64,000 bases of DNA from an uncultured Verrucomicrobiae bacterium (GTDB taxonomy: Bacteria; Verrucomicrobiota; Verrucomicrobiia; Chthoniobacterales; JAFAMB01), in NCBI GenBank assembly GCA_963762565.1, contig CAVXLD010000005.1, positions 1-64,000 on the forward strand. Direction: 5' to 3'. Positions 50,874 through 60,033 of this stretch are shown one piece after another. Below the pieces are notes generated by a model. It ran no database searches and was not told the DNA's origin. It saw nothing but the letters and a program-made list of their open reading frames with translations. The first letter of the stretch is position 1, and each line of letters starts with the position of its first letter. The position numbers and the translations under genes were made by a program.

Positions 50874-51062
50874 TGGTGGTTAGTGAGTGGTGGACGGCGG
50901 TGGGTGGCGGCGAAGTAGTCAGTGCTGATGCTCCGCTGCGCCGCGGGTTCACCATTCCTGAACTGGCCTACCGCTTACTGCTTACTGCTTACTGAGCCTT
51001 GCGCCCACCTCGCTGATGTTTTTACTTCCTACAATCGCTTCTCACCTCTCACCAATCACCTC

Positions 51063-51944
51063 TCAATTCTCACCAGTAAGCTCTACCGTATCGTTGAACT
51101 TGCTGTAGTCGACGGTGTACCGCCCGATCTCATCTTCGGTATAGATCTCCGCGAATTGCCGGTTCCAAGCGATTTGCTCGTGCACATATTCGGTCTGGGT
51201 TTGCACCCGAGCTTGAATGACTGGGTCGGTGCAAACGATCGATGCTAGCATTCGGCTATCGGTTAGTTTCAAATCCTCCGAAGATACCCCATGTAACGGA
51301 CTGGTTTCATCGATTACATGCCGGACCGTGAGCGCTGCTGGAAAACTGATCAGATGATCGAATTGCAGCCGTAACGGATAAAAGCGCCGGACGTCTTCGC
51401 CCTCCTTGGTCACTTCGCTGCGCATTAAGAGTAGTCGAAAGTCGGCTTCGACCATGGCGTGATGTCGAAGGTTCGCCAGCCGAATCATCAATGTGGGAAC
51501 ACCATCAAACGGCGCAAGTACGGCAACACTACTGAACCTGATTCGGGCCGTCGGCCTGGAAAAACGGACAAAGATCAAGCCGGTCAACACCGCCAGACCG
51601 AAAAGGCCGACTAAGATTTCGAGCGTCGCCACGCAATGTCCATAGAGAGTGGCGGGATAAGCATGTCCATACCCGACGGTCGCGAGCGTTTCTACGCTAA
51701 AGAAAAAATGGTCAGTGAATGATCCAGGAACAAGTTCGGCGACGCAGTTGCCGCCCAGAAGATATAGACCAGCGAAGATAAGATTAATACAAAGGTAGAC
51801 CCCCAGAATCATGAAGGCGAACTGCGGCCAGGTGAGGGTTAAAACCAGGTGATAAATGTCGCGCCAGTCATATTTCATGGCGTTGACTTTGACAAACTCG
51901 CGATGCCCGGCTCGGACGGTGATTGGGGTAGAGGATCTTTTCAT
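51063..51944 (-). CDS. KirBac-type inward rectifier K+ channel
   Basis: DIYH, FFFSVETLATVGYG (selectivity filter), RFSRPTARIRFS and HVIDETSPL motifs. Confidence 0.93.
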   Translation of the reverse strand: MKRSSTPITVRAGHREFVKVNAMKYDWRDIYHLVLTLTWPQFAFMILGVYLCINLIFAGLYLLGGNCVAELVPGSFTDHFFFSVETLATVGYGHAYPATLYGHCVATLEILVGLFGLAVLTGLIFVRFSRPTARIRFSSVAVLAPFDGVPTLMIRLANLRHHAMVEADFRLLLMRSEVTKEGEDVRRFYPLRLQFDHLISFPAALTVRHVIDETSPLHGVSSEDLKLTDSRMLASIVCTDPVIQARVQTQTEYVHEQIAWNRQFAEIYTEDEIGRYTVDYSKFNDTVELTGEN

Positions 51945-52363
51945 GAATTGGCTCCGATAACCAATCATGTTGCTCCCGGAGCGGCCTTAGAGGCAAGGAG
52001 CGGGTTATCGACCCAAAAAGAAATCTTTGGGTCCGACCCTCAAAGCCCAAGGAAACGAAGCGATCGGGGATTAACGGCTAAGCACAACACATTGGACTGG
52101 TGTCCGGACAGCTCTTGAGTATAATCCAGCCCGCTCATTCACTATGAAAATTTACCGCATACCAACCGTTCTTGTTCTCGTCGGAATTTTTTTGGCAGGC
52201 TGTTGCGGGCAAAAAAACGTGACCCCGCCTCCGGCTCCTGATGGTAAGTCGGCTGCTGAGGGCCCTAATGGCAGCTACGTTAAGCCGAATCATCCCTGAG
52301 GTCGTTTTGAGGCACTTGGCGTAGAACCAGCAGACCTGCTTCCCAAGAGGCAAAGTAGATAAT

Positions 52364-55300
52364 TTACAGGCTGCCGATTGCGGCCTGTATCTCTTGCAAA
52401 TGGCGCTGATCAGTCGGTGATAGAGTGGTTTGCGTTTGCAATTTCAAGAGTATATCTCGGCCTCTCCCTAATAACGCTCGGGTCTCCTGGCTTGGTTCGA
52501 GGCCGGTTTTGGGCAGTGTGATGGCCGCGGAATAACAAGCTAAGGCGAGGTCGCTTGCCCAGTCGCCGTTGGTGGGATCTTTGCTGACAAGGTTTTCGCC
52601 TAACCCAATGCACTCGCGATAGCTGCTCAGCGCATCAGAGATTGTACCCTTGGCCCGGAGAAGATCCCCCACTTTTTGGCAAGTCTCTGCTAGATCGCTT
52701 TGAAATCCCAGAGTGGTTGAGTTCTTCTTGACTAGCTCCCTTTCGAGGCCCTGAGCAGTTCGATAATTGCTTAATGCCCCGTCTAAATCTTTTTTCGCGT
52801 AAAGCAAATCGCCGACAGTGATGTAACTCCAAGACAGGTCGTTTTGCCACTGGGCATTACTCTGGTCCCGATCTGCAAGCTTCTTTCTGATAGCGAGCGA
52901 TTCGAGGTCTTTGGCAAGCGCGCCCGAGAAGTCGCCCTGCGTACTGAGGATAGTACCCACTCTCTCAAGGCCGATCGATAAATTGCGTTGCCATTCTGAA
53001 TTGCTGGGATCCTGAGCAACCAGCGTACGATTTATCGAAAGCGCGACCTCATATTTTCCCATAGCGCCGTTTTTGTCGCCTTGTAATTCCAACACCTTAC
53101 CGAGGTCGTAGTACCCGGTGGATAAGTCGGCCTGCGCATTAGCGTTGCTCGGGTCTCTTTTTGCGAGCATCTGCTGAATTTCGAGGGCGCGCTGGCAGTT
53201 CTCGAATGCGTTCGTCAAATCGCCTCGCGAAATAAAAACGTCCGACACGTAACTGTAACTGCGAGCTAACAGACGTTGCCACGTCGCATTTGACGGGTCT
53301 TTTTCTGTAAGCTTCCGTCGAAGTTCGAGTGCGTCGCGGTGCATTTCCAGCGCGCCGGCGAGGTCCCCCTGTTGAGTCAGTCCTTTGCCCAGCCGTTCTT
53401 TGCTGACGGCGAGCTCCTGTTGCCACAGCGCATTCGTCGGTTCCGCGTCTGCCAGCTTCTGCTGAATGGCCAGACTGTCTTTGTAACTTTTGACGGCGTC
53501 TGCCAGGTTCGCTTGCTTAGAAAATACGTCACCAATTTTCAGAAGAACACGGGAGACATCATGGTCGCGCTCGATATTGTTCGGCTCTTTCATTTTCAAG
53601 CCTTCCCGGATGGCGAGACAATCCTGGTAGCTCTGCAAGGCGCTTGTCAGATCACCTCGACTGTCTAACACTTGACCAATGTTCTCCTCGATAACCGACA
53701 GATCATGCTGGAGATCAGCATTGTCTGATTCGCGAGTGACCAAGCCTTGCAGAATTTTGAGGGCCGCTTGATAGCGCTCCAATGCCCCTGAAGTATCTCC
53801 CTGGAGATACAAGACGTCACCCACGTTTCCGGTGGCCAACGCTCGATACCGCTGCCAATCATTATTGTTGAGGTCTTGTTGGGCGAGGCGCTCTTGGATG
53901 CTCAGCGACGCATTATAGCTCTTTAATGCGCCGGTAAGATCACCCCGGTCTTTCTGAATATCACCGGCGTTCGTAAGCGCGACACTCGATTGGCGGAGAA
54001 CGTCTGGGTTATTCGTGTCACTTCCAAGTGAGGCGTAGTAACCAAGCACACGCTGATTGACGTCGTCCAACAAATCTAACCGTCCAATCGGTTTCAGTTT
54101 GTCCCGAAGATCGGTCGTCATGTAGTTGATCAACTTACCGGCATCATTTCGGGCCAGAGTCGCTTGACGAGATTGTCTAAAGGCCAGACCAGCCAGGACC
54201 AACGCTAATACCAAAGCGGCACTGATGACGCCGATTACCACCCGGGTGGCACGTCTTTTTCGGATCAGCTCCGCATGAGCCCGCGCAGTCGAGGCTTCCA
54301 CGAAATCGCGTTCGGTGGAATCCAGGAAACCTTCAGCCAAAGTCTGGCGCGCTTTTTCGAGCGGCAAACCAGTTCGATACAAGTAGTCTGGATTCTTGTC
54401 GCTTTCCAGCCAGCGCTTGGCGTCTGCGGCTACCTGCGCGCGGTTCAAAAGTGATTCTCGATTCTCCTGTAACCAGCGGAAGAGTCGTTCCCAATGAGTC
54501 AGTAATGCCTCGTGGGTAACACTCACTACCACCCGCCCAGCGTCCGTCCGATCGACAACGAATAGCCGAGCATCCCGGTGTAAAAATGCACTAACAAAAG
54601 CTTTGTCACCCGCCGGTCTGGTCAGTTCGTCGTACTCTGCCCAGCGGCGATTGAACGCGACCGCTTCTTCGGTAACCACAGTGGTTACCCGGCGCATCAC
54701 ATGATCGAATTGGGCTTGAGCTTCCGGACCCAACGATAGGAATAGATCTTCTGCCCGGCGGGCCAAAGATCCTTCAACCCCTCCCATCGCTTCATAGTCC
54801 TGGTGGGTTAGTAATCCGTCATTACGGCGTTCTTGGGCTCGGTAGAGTTCTTCCAAACAGAATTGCAGTAAAGGAAGCGCTTCCGGGCTCCCGGTAGCGG
54901 CATCGCGCAACCGATCGTCCAGCGATTCCTTGGTTTCCGGGTGTACTTCAAATCGTAAACCCGCGGCGGCAGCGGGTTGTCTGATTATCTGACCCAATTC
55001 GGCGATGCTTGGCGGGAGCAAATGATACAATCCGTCCCCCTGGCTGAGATCTGCTAGCAGCGGCAACTCGGCACATCGGCCAAAGAAATCGCTCCGCAGG
55101 GTAGCGATCACATAAGCTTTCCCGCTTTTAGCTACTGCTGCCAACGCGGTGATGAACCCACGGCGTTGATTTTCGCCAATTCGCTCCAAGGTAAACAGCT
55201 CTTCAAGCTGATCGATGAACAAGACTAATCGAGCGGTCTTCGGTGCTAACGTCGGGGTAGGCGCTGCGACAGAAGAAGGATTAGTTTGGTCGGCGCGTTT

Positions 55301-56446
55301 GGCCCCGGCTGCGGCCTGATCCAAAGCGGTTACCAGCCCGAACTCGATCCCGGCCGGATTCCGTCTTAAAAGATCTGCAATCGATTCGACCGAAATGTCG
55401 CCGCTGACCAACTCTGGTAATGCTTCTGGGCGGCACAACGCCCGAGCTAAACCATCAAAGAGGTCGCCAGCCGCTTCACTGGGCCGCATCACCGCTCGTC
55501 GCCAGACAGCGATCCCATTTCCAGGCTCTACCAGGAGTGGCAGTACCCCCGCCCGGATCAGCGACGATTTGCCGACTCCGCTCATGGCGGAAACCAACAA
55601 AAAGGCCGCAGGTTCGATCTCGGCGCCCGGAGAGCGCGAAGCTCTGGCGTCTTCCACTTCCGCCATTCGTTTCCGGAGCCGATTGACGACGTCGCCGATC
55701 GCTTTGGTACGTCCGAAAAAAATCGGTGCGTGTTCGAAATCGAATGCCTCTAAGCCTCGAAACGGGCTTCTTCGTCCCCAGACTAACGATTGATCGCGGT
55801 TTTCGCTGCGTTCTACTCGTGCCTTAGGCAGTTTTTCATCAAAAAGCCGGTCAAGATGCCGTTCGATCAGCTCTTCGAACTGGCCAAGCTCGGCGTAAGT
55901 CATGTATGCGCCCTTGTTTTCCCCGGTCTCCGGATCGCGGCAGTATTCCGCGATGAATTCTTTTACTAGTCTAAGTTGTTGGATCGACCGCTCGAACTCG
56001 GTATCCGGGAATTGGCGGATCTGGGCTGGTGCCGTATTAAGATAGATCATTAGGTTCGGCCGCCCATTGGCCAGCCAGGCCGCTCGCGACGTGAGAACCT
56101 CATATTCAGTTCCGGACCGATACCGCTTGCCGTCTGGCGCTATCATAGGAGTACCCAGCCGGGACCAGAGTATACAGATAACGATGTCGAATCCGGCACA
56201 ATCAGGGATCTGCGCTTGGAAGGTCCCAGAGTTGCTCATCGGCTCGTACTCCCAAAAGTAGGGTTCGATCGTACCCCGGCTGGCGAACTTGGCCTGGAAC
56301 CGATTGATAACGCGTTCGGTTAGCTTCCGCTCGAGATCCACGTCCCCGGGAGACGAAATGAACACCCGGATGACGGGGCGTTCAGGGCTGGCGGCAGGAG
56401 GCGCGGTTCCATCTTCAGACGGTCCCGGCTGTAAAGCAGAACTCAT
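52364..56446 (-). CDS. DUF4062-like - STAND (nSTAND1-like) NTPase - TM - TPR protein, 1360 aa
   Basis: IRVFISSPGDV, SGTEYE, SPFRGL...FFGR, SGVGKSS (Walker A), IDQLEELFT, TLRSDF, ALPLLQF and HEALL motifs; TM helix; long TPR array. Confidence 0.88.
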   Translation of the reverse strand: MSSALQPGPSEDGTAPPAASPERPVIRVFISSPGDVDLERKLTERVINRFQAKFASRGTIEPYFWEYEPMSNSGTFQAQIPDCAGFDIVICILWSRLGTPMIAPDGKRYRSGTEYEVLTSRAAWLANGRPNLMIYLNTAPAQIRQFPDTEFERSIQQLRLVKEFIAEYCRDPETGENKGAYMTYAELGQFEELIERHLDRLFDEKLPKARVERSENRDQSLVWGRRSPFRGLEAFDFEHAPIFFGRTKAIGDVVNRLRKRMAEVEDARASRSPGAEIEPAAFLLVSAMSGVGKSSLIRAGVLPLLVEPGNGIAVWRRAVMRPSEAAGDLFDGLARALCRPEALPELVSGDISVESIADLLRRNPAGIEFGLVTALDQAAAGAKRADQTNPSSVAAPTPTLAPKTARLVLFIDQLEELFTLERIGENQRRGFITALAAVAKSGKAYVIATLRSDFFGRCAELPLLADLSQGDGLYHLLPPSIAELGQIIRQPAAAAGLRFEVHPETKESLDDRLRDAATGSPEALPLLQFCLEELYRAQERRNDGLLTHQDYEAMGGVEGSLARRAEDLFLSLGPEAQAQFDHVMRRVTTVVTEEAVAFNRRWAEYDELTRPAGDKAFVSAFLHRDARLFVVDRTDAGRVVVSVTHEALLTHWERLFRWLQENRESLLNRAQVAADAKRWLESDKNPDYLYRTGLPLEKARQTLAEGFLDSTERDFVEASTARAHAELIRKRRATRVVIGVISAALVLALVLAGLAFRQSRQATLARNDAGKLINYMTTDLRDKLKPIGRLDLLDDVNQRVLGYYASLGSDTNNPDVLRQSSVALTNAGDIQKDRGDLTGALKSYNASLSIQERLAQQDLNNNDWQRYRALATGNVGDVLYLQGDTSGALERYQAALKILQGLVTRESDNADLQHDLSVIEENIGQVLDSRGDLTSALQSYQDCLAIREGLKMKEPNNIERDHDVSRVLLKIGDVFSKQANLADAVKSYKDSLAIQQKLADAEPTNALWQQELAVSKERLGKGLTQQGDLAGALEMHRDALELRRKLTEKDPSNATWQRLLARSYSYVSDVFISRGDLTNAFENCQRALEIQQMLAKRDPSNANAQADLSTGYYDLGKVLELQGDKNGAMGKYEVALSINRTLVAQDPSNSEWQRNLSIGLERVGTILSTQGDFSGALAKDLESLAIRKKLADRDQSNAQWQNDLSWSYITVGDLLYAKKDLDGALSNYRTAQGLERELVKKNSTTLGFQSDLAETCQKVGDLLRAKGTISDALSSYRECIGLGENLVSKDPTNGDWASDLALACYSAAITLPKTGLEPSQETRALLGRGRDILLKLQTQTTLSPTDQRHLQEIQAAIGSL

Positions 56447-56854
56447 CGCGTTAAGCTAGATGACTCAAGTCTTACCAAATGCTGGTGATTTGTCGACTTA
56501 TCGTGTGACGGAGGATCGCTTCGCGTGTCTTCATTAGCGTCCTTGCGCCGCGCGCGCATCGCTACGCGAAGCGTTGCGGGCTTTGGGCCTAGCCGTGAGA
56601 TTTGACCGATAAACAAGCTCGTGTGTTGCGACATGGCGATAGACAGGCGGACGCGTGCGTTTCGTTGGCCGAACGAGAATCTTTAGTCCGGCGACCGCCA
56701 AGTACATGTCGTCGATATGATACCTGCGGACTGCCCGCTGAAAACATCAATAAGATCACTGCTCTCCTCCTCTTTTCCTGAAACCTGGGTCTCGCAATTC
56801 CTAAGTATCCACTCGAGGCAGGTTTAAACAACCGGCCCAACAAATAAAAATAAA

Positions 56855-57211
56855 ATGCAAAAATCAGTTAGAACTCTACTAGCAGTCGGCGCTAGTGCCG
56901 TGATTGGGCTGCAGGTTGCTCACGGTGAATGCGTCCGGGTGAACTTCCAAAATTGGAGTGGCAGAACCATCCAGCATCTCTACATGTCGCCATCTGCGGT
57001 TCGCGGATGGGGCGGCGATGTCCTAGGCGATTATGTGCTTGGCGCGGGGCGTTACGCGATCATCGCACGTTGCTTCGATTCAGACGATGACGACTACGAT
57101 TTCAAAGCCGTTTACAGTGATGGCACCGTCGACGAATGGCGTCAGGGAGTGCCCATTTCTGGAACCGCGACTGTTTGGGTCGATGACAACTCCTTTCTTC
57201 ACTCGCGCTAG
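56855..57211 (+). CDS. Hypothetical secreted protein
   Basis: Signal peptide; NWSGRTIQHLYMSP...WGGDVLG...YDFKAVYSDG. Confidence 0.7.
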   Translation: MQKSVRTLLAVGASAVIGLQVAHGECVRVNFQNWSGRTIQHLYMSPSAVRGWGGDVLGDYVLGAGRYAIIARCFDSDDDDYDFKAVYSDGTVDEWRQGVPISGTATVWVDDNSFLHSR

Positions 57212-57286
57212 TCCTATCAAACGACTAACCCTGTTTTTCCTGAGTAAGAACTATAACAGCTAACTAATTTCAGAGAAGAACTATCT

Positions 57287-57559
57287 ATGCGTAAACTATT
57301 CCTCTCCACGCTGTTCCTAATCGTGGCACCCATTCAAATCCTCCATGCCGGCACGGTCGACTATGGTCTTACTGACTACGGAGTCGCCGACAGACAGCTG
57401 TATCACGTTTATTGGCGTCTATACAACCGTTTGTCGCCAGCGGACCGAGCGCTGCTGAAGGCAAATGAGATGCGCTGGATCGATTGGAAGGACACCCTCC
57501 CGTTGAACGAACGGATCCAGGCGACTTGCGAGCGAATCGCGCTGCTGGAGCAATTCTAG
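57287..57559 (+). CDS. LprI/DUF1311-like secreted protein
   Basis: Signal peptide; ADRQL..VY..L...LLKANEMRWIDWKD...RIALL pattern. Confidence 0.6.
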   Translation: MRKLFLSTLFLIVAPIQILHAGTVDYGLTDYGVADRQLYHVYWRLYNRLSPADRALLKANEMRWIDWKDTLPLNERIQATCERIALLEQF

Positions 57560-57628
57560 CGGTTTAAAAATTAGGCGGGTCTACTTCGTTGTGAAAAGAA
57601 CGGGGCGGACCCGAGACCGAAAATCAAT

Positions 57629-57928
57629 ATGGAAACGTATCAAATCGAACTTTCCGCGGCCGAAGTTCTCGTCATCGCGCAAATAACTGGCACCCTCGTC
57701 GATTACGCGGTACCCGATCGATATTGGGAGCGGGAAGTGGTTTTGAGCATATTTAACAAGGCGAATGATGCGCTGGTGAAGATTTTAACTGCTGCTAACA
57801 GAACTGCCGGTGCACACGATGTGCGGCAAGCTTCGACTTTCGCCACAAAAATGCATGCTATCGGATTTCTGCCAATCGGAGCTGGGGACCAAGGCGATGC
57901 GGGCCACGAAGTCGGTACTGGCCTGTAG
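57629..57928 (+). CDS. Hypothetical protein
   Basis: 99-aa ORF co-oriented with its neighbours. Confidence 0.45.
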   Translation: METYQIELSAAEVLVIAQITGTLVDYAVPDRYWEREVVLSIFNKANDALVKILTAANRTAGAHDVRQASTFATKMHAIGFLPIGAGDQGDAGHEVGTGL

Positions 57929-58052
57929 ACGATCGCCACGAGTCAGACAACCCGCTTGTTCTCGTACCGCGCTTCCGCCTCGGTCCCGCGACTGCGGGAC
58001 TTCGGCGGAACGTCTGGGACGAAACAGTATCTTTGAGAACGGATTCTAAAGA

Positions 58053-58265
58053 CTAGCGATTGGTTATGGCATCTCGGACTTGGTGAGCCCGATAATCGAC
58101 CGTTCGACCGGCTGTTCTTACCACGTTGCCAGCAGTGTAAGCGGCATTGGCGACGTGTCTCGCTGCCCAGTGTAACGGTCCTTCAGAAATTGGTCCTGCG
58201 TTCGCCCCTGAAATGAGGTAGGGCGACAACAGCGCAACCGCTAGTATCGCACACATCTTCTTCAT
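58053..58265 (-). CDS. Small hypothetical secreted protein
   Basis: Signal peptide MKKMCAILAVALLSPYLISGANA. Confidence 0.55.
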   Translation of the reverse strand: MKKMCAILAVALLSPYLISGANAGPISEGPLHWAARHVANAAYTAGNVVRTAGRTVDYRAHQVRDAITNR

Positions 58266-58635
58266 ACTATTTTTGACGGGTTGAGACCGGGTTTTGTTCA
58301 AGGTTTTTCTGGAGGAACCGGAGACAGGAATAGCCTCAAAAAACGCAAAAAAACCGCGAATGGACACGAATCGGGACACGAATGGACGCGAAGATGAAAA
58401 AGAACAAACCTCAACCGCAGCCCCGAAATACTTCGGGGTAAATGCTTCGCACCTTAAGACTCCGCGTCGCCGTTTCGTTCGTAAGCCGACGCGCCTTTTA
58501 TCTGCGTAAATCTGCGTTCATTTCACCCCGGAGAATTTCGGGGCTGCGGTTAAGTTTTTTGAGCCTTTTGCGCCTTTTTCGCGGCTATTCAGTTTCGATG
58601 CTTTGCGTCTTGGCGGCTTTGCGTGAGATTCCGTT

Positions 58636-59913
58636 GTGGATAACCACTTCGCTGAACGCCGGAATCGTGTCGCTACTGCGCTTGGGTTAAAAAACGAGTT
58701 GCTCTTGATCGGTGCCGGTCAGCCGATTGCGCTGCCGGAAAACACCGACCAGACCTATCCTTTTCGTGCGCACACGGAATATTTTTATCTGACCGGGAAC
58801 GATTCGCCTGGCGGCGTTCTGGCTTTCGATCCTAAAGATGGCGCGGCCGGCTGGGTATCCTTTGTCCCTGAAGTCACCGACGCTGAAAGAACTTGGGAAG
58901 GACGGCTACAGCCCGAGGGCACGCCGATCGCCGTGTTGGAACCTTGGTTGACCAATCGTCGTGGACGGCCGCTCGTACTATTAGGTGAACCCATTCGAGG
59001 GGTTGCGGCCGATCCGTCGTTGATCGGTTCAGCACGCGAAAAATTTCGGCATGCGCGCCGGGCAAAAGATGCGGTCGAGATGGATGCCTTACATCGAGCG
59101 GTGCGAGCAACCGCGGCCGGTTTTTCGGGGCTTTGCCAAGCGCTTCGTCCCGGTGTCACCGAACGCCAACTTCAAATCGAGCTTGAAGCCGGCTTTTTCC
59201 GAGCGGGTGCGAATCGAACCGGATACGAAAGCATTGTTGGTGTGGGATCCAACTCGGCGGTCCTGCATTTCCCTCCTTCAAGCCGGGCTGCGGCGGCCGG
59301 CGATTTGCTTTTGGTCGATGCCGGCGCGGAAGTGGATCGTTATGTGATCGATGTCACTCGCACCTATATTGTCGGAGGTAACTATAGCCCGTTTCAGCGT
59401 GATCTATACCAAATCGTTCTGGCAGCCGAAGAGGCTGGTATAGCTGGTTGTACGGTTGGGACCGAGTGGAAGGAATTACATCTCCGGATCGCCAGGCAAA
59501 TAACCGAAGGACTGGTTCAGGTTGGTTTGCTCCGAGGATCGGCCGACAGCCTGGTTGAGCGCGGCGCTCATCAGCTCTTCTTTCCACATGGCCTGGGGCA
59601 TCTGGTTGGCCTCGGCGTGCGCGACGCCAGCGGTCTGTTACCGGGCAGACAGAAAGATCAAAACCCGATGTTTGCGACTCTCCGGATGGATCTACCGTTA
59701 GGAGAAAACTATGTCGCCACGGTTGAGCCCGGAATCTATTTTATCCCGGTTATCCTCAACCATCCTACGAATCGCGAACGGTATCACGACTGCGTCAATT
59801 GGGAGTTAGCCGAACGCCACCTGAACCTCGGCGGTATCCGGATCGAGGATAACGTGCTGGTTACCGCGAATGGACCAGTCGTACTTACCAGCGATATTCC
59901 AAAGACGTGGTAG
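58636..59913 (+). CDS. pepP: Xaa-Pro aminopeptidase (M24B)
   Basis: AMP_N-like YPFR...FYLTG; metal ligands in VDAG, DVTRT, HGLGH, TVEPGIYF and GGIRIED. Confidence 0.88.
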   Translation: MDNHFAERRNRVATALGLKNELLLIGAGQPIALPENTDQTYPFRAHTEYFYLTGNDSPGGVLAFDPKDGAAGWVSFVPEVTDAERTWEGRLQPEGTPIAVLEPWLTNRRGRPLVLLGEPIRGVAADPSLIGSAREKFRHARRAKDAVEMDALHRAVRATAAGFSGLCQALRPGVTERQLQIELEAGFFRAGANRTGYESIVGVGSNSAVLHFPPSSRAAAAGDLLLVDAGAEVDRYVIDVTRTYIVGGNYSPFQRDLYQIVLAAEEAGIAGCTVGTEWKELHLRIARQITEGLVQVGLLRGSADSLVERGAHQLFFPHGLGHLVGLGVRDASGLLPGRQKDQNPMFATLRMDLPLGENYVATVEPGIYFIPVILNHPTNRERYHDCVNWELAERHLNLGGIRIEDNVLVTANGPVVLTSDIPKTW

Positions 59914-60033
59914 AGTGGTGGCCAGTTGTGGGAGTGGCGCGAAGAGTAATCAGTAATCAGTGTGTCAGTAATCAGTACTGATGTCCCTCAGGCGGTTTTA
60001 CCGACTCCAGAAAATCGAAGAGAGAAGCAGACT

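Noticed and set aside
58636..59913. PepP as the maturation protease for the Pro-rich peptide
   Set aside because: It lies 20 kb away with unrelated genes between; no evidence of linkage.
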